Source of the DNA: Fimbriimonadales bacterium
GTDB taxonomy: Bacteria; Armatimonadota; Fimbriimonadia; Fimbriimonadales; ATM1
Direction of reading: 5' to 3'
NCBI GenBank assembly: GCA_051003155.1
Contig: JBPCLO010000027.1
Coordinates: 21,326-85,325 of the forward strand
Length of the DNA: 64,000 nucleotides
Under the pieces are notes generated by a model. That model did no database searches. It saw only the letters and a program-made list of their open reading frames with translations, and had not been told where the DNA came from. Within the stretch, counting starts at the first letter, position 1. Every line of letters starts with the position of its first letter. The position numbers and the translations under genes are program-made. Shown piece after piece: positions 28,977 to 37,915 of this stretch.

Positions 28977-29984
28977 CTACGAATCCCGACAGACGAGGAT
29001 TTGCCCAAGATTCGCCAGCAACTGGGTCGCGGCGTTGTGCGGCAGATCGTTTAGCGCTTCCTTTGCCGTGTCGGAATAGGCTTCGGCTCTGCTCTTCGCG
29101 CTCGCAAAAGCCTCCCGATCAAGCATCCATCCCGCGATTGTTTCGAGGTCGGAATCCGTCACGCCGTTGCCGAATTTCGATCGAACATACGCCGCCTCAT
29201 CAACGGCCAAGCGGCCTCGAAGATAGATGAGCGGCAATGTCGCGCATCCTTCGTTGAAATCCGTCGCGCGGGGCTTTCCGGACACCTCCGGCAGGCTTTG
29301 GAAATCGAGCAGGTCGTCGGCGATTTGATATCCGATCCCGATCGCTTCGCCGTAGCCCGCAAGCGCGCTCGCAACCCGCCCATCCGCGCCAGCGACCAGC
29401 GCTCCCGCCTCGCAGCAGCAAGCGATGAGGACGGCGGTCTTCCGTCGCAATATCTCGACATGTTTCTCTTCGCTCAGGTCGAAATCGCCGCGGCTTTGAA
29501 CTTCGAGGACCTCGCCCTCTGCCATCTCGGCCACGGCTTTGCTAACAATCCTTATGATTCGCAGGTCGCCGTCCTCAGCCAAAACTTGCATCGCTTTCGC
29601 GAGCAGAACGTCGCCCGTCAGGATACTCGCGGTGCTGCCGAACAACATCGACGCGGTCGGCCTGCCACGGCGAGTGGCGGCGTGGTCGATCACATCGTCG
29701 TGGATGAGCGTCGCCGTATGGATCATCTCCATGCATGCCCCGATCGCGGCGACCCTCGCTCGCGAAAACGGCAGCCCGGTGGCCCGGGCAGCCAAGCTCA
29801 CGAAGAGGGGTCTGAGCCTCTTACCGCCGGCGCCGAACACATGCTCGGCAATGTTCTCGACTGTTTCCACGTCCGAGCCCAGCCGCTCCGCCATCACCGC
29901 TTCGCAGGCTTGCACATCCGAAGCCATTTCCATCGCCAGATCGCCGGCCAACTCACGCGCCGCGTCCAGATAAGCCGTCGTCAT
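28977..29984 (-). CDS. Long-chain all-trans polyprenyl diphosphate synthase (hepta/octaprenyl type)
   Basis: It has the FARM motif LIHDDVIDHAATRRG and the SARM motif GIGYQIADDLLDF. The track ORF start (30230) runs through ubiE. ATG 29984 has a GGGGGAGA Shine-Dalgarno 5 nt upstream and an ATGA overlap with the ubiE stop. Confidence 0.88.
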   Translation of the reverse strand: MTTAYLDAARELAGDLAMEMASDVQACEAVMAERLGSDVETVENIAEHVFGAGGKRLRPLFVSLAARATGLPFSRARVAAIGACMEMIHTATLIHDDVIDHAATRRGRPTASMLFGSTASILTGDVLLAKAMQVLAEDGDLRIIRIVSKAVAEMAEGEVLEVQSRGDFDLSEEKHVEILRRKTAVLIACCCEAGALVAGADGRVASALAGYGEAIGIGYQIADDLLDFQSLPEVSGKPRATDFNEGCATLPLIYLRGRLAVDEAAYVRSKFGNGVTDSDLETIAGWMLDREAFASAKSRAEAYSDTAKEALNDLPHNAATQLLANLGQILVCRDS

Positions 29985-30709
29985 TTCTCCCCCCATTGAA
30001 TGCAGATATTGCCAAAGAAACGATCCTCGTACCGAATGTTCTTTAAGCCGGCGCACCGCATCGCCTTTGCCAATCCTTCGCGCGTTGTAAACCGATCCGT
30101 CGACTTCGGCAAATATGTGTAGGCCTCTCGCTTTCCGAAAAGCGAGCCCATGGCTGGAACCGCCATATTGAAAACGAAATGGCTCAGGCCCCTCGAAATG
30201 CGAGACCTCGGCCGTGCCATATCGACGCAAACGAACCTACCGCCTGGCTTCAAAATTCGGACAATCTGGGATAGGGCGGCGTCCGCGTCGGGCACGTTTC
30301 GCAATCCCCATCCCACGGTCACGCCGTCGAAACTCGAAGACCTTAGAGGAATGGCACAAGCGTCGCCCAGGGAAAGCCCCATGTCGTACGGCTTATGCCG
30401 CGCGATCTCGAGCATGGGCATGCAAAAGTCGACCCCGATGATGCGCCCCGATGGAGAAACTGCGTTACGCAAGGCGCGCCCGAAATCACCCGTGCCACAG
30501 CAAAGGTCGGCGGCCACGTCGCCGGCGCGCAATCGGAGCCCCTTCACGGCATCCGCTCTCCACCTGTGGTGCAGTCGCAGGCTAATGGCGGAGTTGAGCA
30601 GGTCGTACGTGGGAGAGATGTCGGCGAACATCCGGCGCACTTGTCGCCGCTTCTCTTCTCCATCCACCTCCCATGGCCGCGGTGCGGCATTCTCTGCCAT
30701 CAAGGTCAA
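29981..30709 (-). CDS. ubiE: Demethylmenaquinone/ubiquinone C-methyltransferase
   Basis: VRRMFADISPTYDLLNSAISLRLHHRWR and the SAM motif DLCCGTGD are canonical UbiE/MenG. Confidence 0.9.
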   Translation of the reverse strand: MTLMAENAAPRPWEVDGEEKRRQVRRMFADISPTYDLLNSAISLRLHHRWRADAVKGLRLRAGDVAADLCCGTGDFGRALRNAVSPSGRIIGVDFCMPMLEIARHKPYDMGLSLGDACAIPLRSSSFDGVTVGWGLRNVPDADAALSQIVRILKPGGRFVCVDMARPRSRISRGLSHFVFNMAVPAMGSLFGKREAYTYLPKSTDRFTTREGLAKAMRCAGLKNIRYEDRFFGNICIQWGEK

Positions 30710-30781
30710 TGTACCGCCGAGCCGAGCGAGTTTACAAGGATTACTGAAACTTCAGGAATATAAAGCGTGCGAAATCGAGCG

Positions 30782-30787
30782 TATAAT
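30782..30787 (+). promoter_or_regulatory. Candidate -10 box
   Basis: A perfect TATAAT lies 18 nt upstream of the GTG start at 30805, with GGAGG in between. No convincing -35 box was seen. Confidence 0.25.
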
Positions 30788-30804
30788 TCCACGGAGGTTC
30801 AAAA

Positions 30805-31296
30805 GTGGTAGCTGCGTTGTTCGCGTCGCTTGTCATATCGTTCGCACCGGGGGTTCAAGGAAACCCGCTCGCCCCGGGAACTCAGATAGATTTCATTGCG
30901 CAAACCTTGCATGGTGCTTCTATCGGCTCCAAGGAACTCAAGGGCAAGCAATCGCTAATCGTCCTCTGGGGAACGAGCTGGTTGACGGAGTCGCTCCCGG
31001 CGCTCGACGAAGCCGAGCGCGTGCGCAAGAAGTACGGCGAAAAGCTCCGGGTTGTCGCGTTGAGCAGCTTCGATCTGAAACAGCAAGTCATTTCCTTCGA
31101 GAATGGGCATCCTCATTACAAAATGGAATTCTGGGTCGACACTTCGGAGCGTGAGGGCCTCGACGCTTCCATAGCTGCCAAGGTCTTCAAAGCCAAAGAG
31201 TTTCCGACGGTCTACGTTCTGGACAAGGGCTGCAAGGTCGTGGGCGGCATCGTCGGCTTCAAAGCCGGCGACAACATCGAAACCTTTGTCCGGTAA
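30805..31296 (+). CDS. TlpA/ResA-like thioredoxin-fold protein lacking the CXXC cysteines
   Basis: It has a signal peptide. KQSLIVLWGTSWLTESLPAL aligns with the FWATWCGPCRAEMP block of TlpA-type redoxins, but reads W-L-T-E-S instead of W-C-G-P-C. Confidence 0.7.
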   Translation: MVAALFASLVISFAPGVQGNPLAPGTQIDFIAQTLHGASIGSKELKGKQSLIVLWGTSWLTESLPALDEAERVRKKYGEKLRVVALSSFDLKQQVISFENGHPHYKMEFWVDTSEREGLDASIAAKVFKAKEFPTVYVLDKGCKVVGGIVGFKAGDNIETFVR

Positions 31297-31305
31297 TGAC
31301 GGCGA

Positions 31306-32421
31306 TTACCTTCCGCGCGGGTTAACGGGAGTCCCGTTGATACGGATCTCCCAGTGCAGGTGTGGCCCGGTGCTCATTCCTGTGGAGCCGACCGCCGCGA
31401 TCACATCTCCCTTGTCGACCGTCTTGCCGACGCCCACATAGAGCCGCGAGCAGTGTCCATATAGGGACGCTTTGCCACCGCCGTGGTCGATGATAATGCA
31501 GTTTCCATAGCCGCCGCGATATCCGGAAAAGATCACAGTCCCGCTACCCGAGGCGTGAATCGGCGTACCGGTAGGCGCAGCGATATCGAGACCTGTGTGC
31601 ATTCTCGACCTCCCGGTAATGGGATGGACGCGCCTGCCGAAGCCGCTTGTCAGCCTCCCGTTCACCGGCAACCGGTGGGAACCGCGATACATGCGAGCCG
31701 TTGACTTTCGAGCACCGTAGAAGCGGCGAAGTTCGGCCTCGATATTCGCACTCTCGCGCTCGAGTTCGTCCAGCTCGTCTTGGGCATCGTGCTGATCCTG
31801 CTTCAGCTCACCGAGCAGGCCCTTCTTGAATCTCATGCGGCCGTCGAGGTCCTTCTTGTACTCCAGCCGCTGCCCAACCAAGTATTCGATGCGCGACACA
31901 ACGGCGTCCTTGCGGGCCTTCTTTCGGTCGACGTCCTCGCGGTACTGGCGCAGCTCGTCGACCAACCTGTCGTCCTGGTCGGCGATCTTCTGGATGATAA
32001 ACGTGTGATCGGCCGAGTCCGCGAACGACTCGGACCCGATGAAGGCGCCGATCGGTCCACGCTCGCCGTTCATATAGAGAGACCGCATTCGCTGGCCCAC
32101 GATTTCGCGCTTCGCGTCGAGCTTTTCGGCCGCCTCGTCGAGCTCTCGGGCCACCTTCTGCTGTTCGTCTTCGGCGTCGTTCAAGGCTATCTCGGTGTGT
32201 TTGAGGTTCGATCGAGCATTTTCCAGAAGGTCGTCCGCTTTGACAATGTCGGACATCACGTAGCTGATCCTGCGCTTCGTCTTCGTGATCACCTTGCGCA
32301 GCTGCTGAGCCTCTTGCCGAGTCGCCTTCTGCTTGTTCAACAGGAGCTTTTTCGACGGTCTCTGCCCCCACGCAATAACAGCCAGAAGCAAAGTGAAAAC
32401 AATTAGTAGCCTGACTCTCAT
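31306..32421 (-). CDS. EnvC-like coiled-coil M23 (LytM) peptidase / murein hydrolase activator
   Basis: A long coiled coil is followed by HTGLDIAAPTGTPIHASGSGTVIFSG...IIIDHGGG..SLYGHCS...GSTGMSTGPHLHWEIR. The gene has an ATGA overlap with ftsX. Confidence 0.9.
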   Translation of the reverse strand: MRVRLLIVFTLLLAVIAWGQRPSKKLLLNKQKATRQEAQQLRKVITKTKRRISYVMSDIVKADDLLENARSNLKHTEIALNDAEDEQQKVARELDEAAEKLDAKREIVGQRMRSLYMNGERGPIGAFIGSESFADSADHTFIIQKIADQDDRLVDELRQYREDVDRKKARKDAVVSRIEYLVGQRLEYKKDLDGRMRFKKGLLGELKQDQHDAQDELDELERESANIEAELRRFYGARKSTARMYRGSHRLPVNGRLTSGFGRRVHPITGRSRMHTGLDIAAPTGTPIHASGSGTVIFSGYRGGYGNCIIIDHGGGKASLYGHCSRLYVGVGKTVDKGDVIAAVGSTGMSTGPHLHWEIRINGTPVNPRGR

Positions 32422-33308
32422 GTTGCAAACCTCAGGTATTTGCGGACCGAAAGGCCCGCCGCAACCATCCCCATGATTGCGCCCACTCCCGCCAAGATAC
32501 CTATCATCGGCACGGCGGGAAATTGCATGTCCGTAGAAAGCAGCGGCCCCATCAGCTTAGTAGAGCGCGCAGTAAGGTACGCCGCCAAGCTCCAAAGCAG
32601 CAAACCGGCAAGAACGCCGCCCAAGATGCCTTGGAAAGCTCCCTCGAAAAGAAACGGCCATCGTATCGTTCCGTGGCTTGCGCCGACGAGCCGCATGATC
32701 TTGATCTCCTGCTTGCGTGCCAGCACGGTCAGATGCACGGCGTTGAGGATCAAACTCCCAGCGGTAAAGAACGCTATTAGACCGAAAATGATGCCCGCCC
32801 ATCTGACGAACTCGATCATGGAGGTCACCCGCTGCCTCAGCTCGATGGCGTCTCGAATTCCGTCTCGTCCGTCGTACAACGGCTGCCTCCGAATGGCGTC
32901 GCGAACATGCTCGGCCTTCTTCAGGTCGGTCAGCGTGATCACGAGTTGGTCAGGAAGGGGGTTCTTGATGTCGCGCGTGTCACCCAAGATGCCCTGGGAC
33001 TTGCGCCAGGTTTGCCACTCGACGTCTTTTGGCAGCAGCGAGACTTGCGCAACACCGTTTACCTTGCGCAGACTCTGTGTCATAGCTTTGACCTGGTCCT
33101 TGTCCGCCTTGGGCTGTACAGAAATCTTGATTTCGAACTGGGGAGGAAGCGACTCGAGCCTTGCGGAAAGGTTAAGGTAGGCGTATCCGAGTCCCCCCAG
33201 AATAAACAGCGCAATCGCGGCGGTGTTTATCGCCGATAGCGTCATCAGGCCGTTTCGCTTCAGCGCGGTCACCGCCTCGCCGAACACAAACTCCAGGCGG
33301 TCAAACAC
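32418..33308 (-). CDS. ftsX: Cell division ABC transporter permease FtsX
   Basis: EAVTALKRNGLMTLSAINTAAIALFILGG and four TM segments are present. It sits between ftsE and the M23 gene. Confidence 0.9.
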   Translation of the reverse strand: MFDRLEFVFGEAVTALKRNGLMTLSAINTAAIALFILGGLGYAYLNLSARLESLPPQFEIKISVQPKADKDQVKAMTQSLRKVNGVAQVSLLPKDVEWQTWRKSQGILGDTRDIKNPLPDQLVITLTDLKKAEHVRDAIRRQPLYDGRDGIRDAIELRQRVTSMIEFVRWAGIIFGLIAFFTAGSLILNAVHLTVLARKQEIKIMRLVGASHGTIRWPFLFEGAFQGILGGVLAGLLLWSLAAYLTARSTKLMGPLLSTDMQFPAVPMIGILAGVGAIMGMVAAGLSVRKYLRFAT

Positions 33309-33999
33309 TCGCGCCCTCCAAGGTCAAACTTCCCATACCGAACATGTCCCCGCGAACCATCCCCTTGCTCAGCGTAACGACCCGCCGGTGGAGCTTCGAG
33401 ATCGCCATGATGTCATGCGTCGCCATCAGTACCGTGGTGCCCTTGTTGTTGATGTCGAGGAGCACACCCAAGATGTCGGCGCTCATCTCGGGATCGAGGT
33501 GGCCGGTGGGCTCGTCTGCGAGGAGAACGAGTGGGTTGTTGATGAGAGCCCTCGCGATCGCCACACGCTGCTGCTCGCCACCGGAGAGCTCGCTCGGGAA
33601 TGCATTTGCTCGGTAGAGGACGCCGAACCTGTCCAAGAACTCTGGGACCCGCTTCCTAACCTCGCGCTGGGAATGACCCGCAGCGCGCATGGCATAGGCG
33701 AGATTCTCCCAGATCTTCTTGTTAGGGAGGAGCAGGATGTCTTGAGGAACAAACCCGATCTGGCGGCGCAGCTTGGGTACCGTGTTGCCTGGGAGCTGTG
33801 CGAGATCCCGACCCCTTAACAAGACTCGTCCTGAAGTCGCCTTGAGCTCGCGGATAATGAGTTTTAGAAGAGTTGATTTGCCTGAGCCCGAAGCGCCGAC
33901 CAAAAAGGCACATTCCCCTTGACTGATCGACAAACTTACGTCCCGCAGAGCGCACACTCTCCTGTCGTACTCCAGGCTTACGTTCTGGAATTCGATCAC
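33301..33999 (-). CDS. ftsE: Cell division ATP-binding protein FtsE
   Basis: MIEFQNVSLEY...GASGSGKSTLLKLI (Walker A), LSGGEQQRVAIARAL (signature) and LLADEPTG (Walker B) are present. Confidence 0.93.
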   Translation of the reverse strand: MIEFQNVSLEYDRRVCALRDVSLSISQGECAFLVGASGSGKSTLLKLIIRELKATSGRVLLRGRDLAQLPGNTVPKLRRQIGFVPQDILLLPNKKIWENLAYAMRAAGHSQREVRKRVPEFLDRFGVLYRANAFPSELSGGEQQRVAIARALINNPLVLLADEPTGHLDPEMSADILGVLLDINNKGTTVLMATHDIMAISKLHRRVVTLSKGMVRGDMFGMGSLTLEGASV

Positions 34000-34473
34000 C
34001 TACGCACCATTATGGCCAACTCCATGCGCAAGATGCGCCGATCGCAGCTTTATGCCGAAGGAATTCGGTTCGCACAAGGTTAAGACACGCAGAAGGCTCA
34101 AATGGCGTCCACTTCTCGACCCTTCCAGCCCTATCAGTCTTAATGAGTCCAATTTGTACTGCCTCGAATCTACCCCTCCACCGCTTGTACTCGGTGCCAG
34201 GTGCGATCCTGGCTAAGGCCAAATTAACTTCGCGATTTCTGGTGTCCTATAGGTAGGCGAAGCTGCATCTGGCCGCCGGCCGTCTCGTCGACCAGGCAAC
34301 CTGGTCAACCAACTTGGTGGCAAGAACAACGATGAATATGATGAGTGTAGTTAACGATGAATCGGCGTCACCCGCCGCCGCAAATCTTCAAGCGTACGCG
34401 TGGCTATCGTCATGACGAGTCGCGAATCGGTCGCGAGGCGTGCCCAGAGGCTCCCGCCGGTATACTTAAGCCC

Positions 34474-35943
34474 GTGGTCGACCTCTTTGAAGAATCGGAT
34501 CACTTAAAGGAAGAGTGCGGCGTCTTCGCGGCCTTTTCCCCAGGCTCGGAAGCGGCGAGGTTAACCTTTTTCGGGCTTTTCTCCTTGCAGCATCGCGGCC
34601 AGGAGTCGTGCGGCATCGCAGTGTCCGACGGACGCAAAGTGCGCATGCACAAGGACATGGGCCTCGTGAGCCAAGTTTTCACCGAAGAGATTCTGGCGGC
34701 CCTCCCGGGCCACATGGCTATCGGCCACACACGCTACTCCACAACCGGATCGAGCGTCAGGCGAAACGCCCAGCCGGTCAGCTGCACCACGATTGTCGGC
34801 GACATCGCGGTTGCCCACAACGGCAACCTGATCAACGCTCACGAACTGCGTGCACGAATGGAAGCCGAAGGGGACTCGTTCGTCACGACCAACGACAGCG
34901 AAGTCATCGCGAAGCTTCTCGCCCGCGAACACTCGGGCGACCTGGCGGCGTCCATTGCGAACGTCATGAAGCAACTTAGGGGCGCCTACAGCGTCGCAGT
35001 CCTGACGCCCAAGCACATCGCCGCTTTCCGTGACCCGAACGGCGTGCGCCCATTGGTCATCGGCCAGATCGAAGGCGGCTACATTGTCGCCAGCGAAACG
35101 TGCGCGTTCAACCCGGTCCAGGCCAAGTTCTTCCGCGAACTGAAGCCCGGAGAAATAGCCGTCGTGGACGAAGCCGGGCCCCGCATCGTGCAAGGCTTCG
35201 AGCCGGGCCGACCCGCGATGTGCATGTTCGAGTTCATCTATTTCGCCCGGCCCGACAGCGTGATGTACAACACCAGGCTCTATACCGCGCGTGAACGAAT
35301 GGGCGAAGAATTGGCGCGCGAGCACCCCGTGGAAGCCGACGTCGTCATGCCGGTCCCCGACACCGGCTATCCCGGTGCACTAGGGTATAGCCGGGTCAGC
35401 GGCATCCCCTTCGTCGAGGGCCTGATCAAGAGCCGATACATCCACCGAACGTTCATTCAGCCTGACCAGAAGATGCGCGAGATGGGGGTCCGGATGAAGC
35501 TCACTCCCCTCGAAGAGCAGATCAAAGGCAAGCGCCTCATTGTCGTCGACGACTCGATCGTCCGCGCCACGACGACGAAGCAAATCGTGAAGCTGCTGTT
35601 CGAATACGGCGCCACGGAGGTCCACATCCGAATCACCGCGCCGCCGATCAAGCATCCGTGCTTCTACGGGATCGACATGGCTAGCAAGGGCCAACTCGCC
35701 GCCGCGAAGTGGTCGATCGAGGAGATTCGTGAGCACATAGGCGCTACGTCTCTAGGCTATTTATCGACGGACGGCGTCGTAAATGCGGTCGGCAAGCCCA
35801 AGGACACCTTCTGCCTAGCGTGCTTCAACGGCGACTACCCAATCGACGTCCCGCTACAGGTTCAGAAAGACGTCTTCGAACGACCGAAGGTGGGCGCTTT
35901 CGCCACCGTGAGCGCGGGTCAAGGCGCGCTCGACTTCGACTAG
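34474..35943 (+). CDS. purF: Amidophosphoribosyltransferase
   Basis: The Ntn nucleophile context is EECGVFA. It also has HTRYSTTG, VPDTGYPGALGY, the PRPP loop LIVVDDSIVRATT and CFYGIDM. The track ATG at 34357 would add about 55 aa before the catalytic Cys. An in-frame GTG at 34474 gives a 15-aa propeptide. The start is uncertain. Confidence 0.9.
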   Translation: MVDLFEESDHLKEECGVFAAFSPGSEAARLTFFGLFSLQHRGQESCGIAVSDGRKVRMHKDMGLVSQVFTEEILAALPGHMAIGHTRYSTTGSSVRRNAQPVSCTTIVGDIAVAHNGNLINAHELRARMEAEGDSFVTTNDSEVIAKLLAREHSGDLAASIANVMKQLRGAYSVAVLTPKHIAAFRDPNGVRPLVIGQIEGGYIVASETCAFNPVQAKFFRELKPGEIAVVDEAGPRIVQGFEPGRPAMCMFEFIYFARPDSVMYNTRLYTARERMGEELAREHPVEADVVMPVPDTGYPGALGYSRVSGIPFVEGLIKSRYIHRTFIQPDQKMREMGVRMKLTPLEEQIKGKRLIVVDDSIVRATTTKQIVKLLFEYGATEVHIRITAPPIKHPCFYGIDMASKGQLAAAKWSIEEIREHIGATSLGYLSTDGVVNAVGKPKDTFCLACFNGDYPIDVPLQVQKDVFERPKVGAFATVSAGQGALDFD

Positions 35944-35947
35944 CTTC

Positions 35948-36346
35948 ATGCGGGTTCTTGGTATCGATTACGGTCTAAAGCGGATCGGCGTCGCAATCGG
36001 CGAATCCGAGGTACGCATCGGGTTTGCTCGTAGCTTCATTCCTTGTTCCGGAACGCCCCAAACAGATGCGCGTCTTGTGGCGGACTACTCCTGTTCCGAA
36101 GGCTGCGATGTCGTGCTCGTCGGCCTCCCTTATCTCGAATCCGGCGACGAAGGTGAACAGGCGCGCCTCACGCGCGAGTTCGCTGGGCACTTGCAGGGCC
36201 TCGGCGTTCGCGTCGAGTTCTGGGACGAGCGGTACACTACCGCCTCCGCTCGAAGGAATTTGGCCCACGTGGAATCCGGCAAGCGCAAGCGGCTGTTGGA
36301 TAGCGAATCGGCGCGAATCATGGTCACGGAGTACCTAGCCCATTAG
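35948..36346 (+). CDS. ruvX: Holliday junction resolvase-like nuclease RuvX (YqgF)
   Basis: MRVLGIDYGLKRIGVAIGE and the C-terminal DSESARIMVTEYL are typical of YqgF. Confidence 0.9.
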   Translation: MRVLGIDYGLKRIGVAIGESEVRIGFARSFIPCSGTPQTDARLVADYSCSEGCDVVLVGLPYLESGDEGEQARLTREFAGHLQGLGVRVEFWDERYTTASARRNLAHVESGKRKRLLDSESARIMVTEYLAH

Positions 36347-36350
36347 AGCT

Positions 36351-37361
36351 CTGAAGCGAATCATCCTCGCGCTCTTTATACTTGCCCTGGTCGCCGCCGC
36401 AATCGCCGGCGGCCTGCTTTACGCCGCATTGAAGCCCGTTGTCGAGGCGAAAACCGCCACCCAGTACTTCCGCGTGAAGGATGGAGAAGGCGTCCGCCAA
36501 GTTCTCGAGCGTGCGGAAGACAAGGGTTTGCTCAAGAGTTCGACGGCAGTCAGGCTCATGAATCGACTATCCGAACAGCCCGGAACAATCCGCGCCGGAA
36601 CCTACGAACTCAGCCCATCGATGACCGGCCAAGAGCTGCTGGGAACCCTATTGCGCTCCGGGCGCGTTCGCCAGGATGTTCTGATACGCGAAGGCCTGTC
36701 GACGATCGAGACGGCGAGAATCCTCGAAAGTAAACGCGTTGCCGACAAGAAAGCCTTCTTGGATCTTTGCCGCGACCCCAAGCAACTCTCCCACCTGCCG
36801 AGATTCGTAATCGTCAGGAAAGGGTTGGAGGGCTACCTCTTCCCCGACACGCACAACTTGCCGCCCCTTCTCGGCGCGAGGGACGCTGCCGAGCAGCTCC
36901 TCTCTACATTCGAGCACAAGGTTTACAAGCCCCTTGGAAGTCCGACGCCCCAGAAGATGCGCGCGTGGGTCATCATCGGTTCGATGGTCGAACTCGAAGC
37001 CAGGAAAGCGGCCGAACGTCCCCGGATTGCCGGAGTGATTTACAATAGACTGACCAAGGGGATACCTCTTCAGATCGATGCCACGGTTGCGTATGGACTC
37101 AACAATAAGCGCAGGTTGCTGAACGACGACTACCGGATCGACCACCCCTACAACACTTACAAGATCAAGACTCTGCCACCCGGACCGATCTGCTCGCCCG
37201 GAGCGTCGTCGATCAAGGCCGCTGCTCGCCCCGAGAAACACGGCTTCCTCTACTACGTGGCCATGCCCGACGGCTCTCATCGCTTCGCCAAGACATACGC
37301 CGAGCATCTAACCAACGTGGCGATAAGCCGCAAGGCCTTCGGCGTCGCGCGCAAGAGCTGA
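36351..37361 (+). CDS. mltG: Endolytic murein transglycosylase MltG (YceG-like)
   Basis: The YceG core is present: LIREGLSTIETARILE, EARKAAERPRIAGVIYNRL, LQIDATVAYG and YNTYKIKTLPPGPICSPG. The expected N-terminal TM helix (KRIILALFILALVAAAIAGGLLYAA) lies upstream of the first canonical start (TTG 36429). CTG 36351 is the best candidate start. Confidence 0.8.
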   Translation: MKRIILALFILALVAAAIAGGLLYAALKPVVEAKTATQYFRVKDGEGVRQVLERAEDKGLLKSSTAVRLMNRLSEQPGTIRAGTYELSPSMTGQELLGTLLRSGRVRQDVLIREGLSTIETARILESKRVADKKAFLDLCRDPKQLSHLPRFVIVRKGLEGYLFPDTHNLPPLLGARDAAEQLLSTFEHKVYKPLGSPTPQKMRAWVIIGSMVELEARKAAERPRIAGVIYNRLTKGIPLQIDATVAYGLNNKRRLLNDDYRIDHPYNTYKIKTLPPGPICSPGASSIKAAARPEKHGFLYYVAMPDGSHRFAKTYAEHLTNVAISRKAFGVARKS

Positions 37362-37915
37362 TGCTAGGCAAACATCCTCGGTTCGAAAGGGAGAAGGCCC
37401 CGGCGATCCTTCGCCGCTTTTGCCCGGACTATCATGTTAGGGAGATTTCCGACATCGACCCGAAAGACGTAGTGGCCGGCGGAATACGCGGTGTGCTTCT
37501 CGATCTCGATAATACGCTCCTGCCCTGGAAGGGCAGCGAACTACCCGAGGAAACCGTGGCCTGGATCGAGAAATGCCGAGACGCGGATCTCAAGATGTGC
37601 CTAGTGAGCAACACCCGCAACCTCTCGCGGCTACGCGCCATCGGCGAGCGTCTTAACGTGGAGGTAGTGATGCCGGGAAGAATGAAGCCCGCGCGCGAGG
37701 GGTTCCAAAGGGCGCTCGCGCACCTGAACTTATCTCCGGCGGAAGTTGTCATGGTCGGCGACCAAATGTTCACGGACATTTGGGGCGGTAATCGCATGGG
37801 GCTTTGCACAATTTGGGTCGACCGAATACACCACCGCGAGTTCTTCGGCACGAAGATCAGCCGCTTCTTCGAGCGCGTGATCATGGGAATTCTTCGCAGA
37901 TCGGAAAGGAAATGA
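37361..37915 (+). CDS. yqeG: YqeG-family HAD-IIIA phosphatase
   Basis: GVLLDLDNTLLPW, LVSNT and MVGDQMFTDIWGGNRMG match the TIGR01668-type pattern. Confidence 0.8.
   Translation: MLGKHPRFEREKAPAILRRFCPDYHVREISDIDPKDVVAGGIRGVLLDLDNTLLPWKGSELPEETVAWIEKCRDADLKMCLVSNTRNLSRLRAIGERLNVEVVMPGRMKPAREGFQRALAHLNLSPAEVVMVGDQMFTDIWGGNRMGLCTIWVDRIHHREFFGTKISRFFERVIMGILRRSERK

Noticed and set aside
30150-31154. 334-aa plus-strand ORF spanning ubiE and the TlpA-like gene
   Set aside because: It runs antisense through ubiE and out of frame through the redoxin-like gene. Its Arg/Ser/Pro-rich translation is junk-like.
34010-34222. 70-aa minus-strand ORF downstream of ftsE
   Set aside because: It has no ribosome-binding site or recognisable family, and it lies in a lower-GC spacer. 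I treated it as non-coding, with low certainty.
34230-34473. Possible ZTP or purine riboswitch in the purF leader
   Set aside because: The conserved cores I know are not present (ZTP GGGUCGUGACUGGCG...CCGCCUGGGC; the purine riboswitch loops). Only a vague CCCGCCGG resemblance exists.
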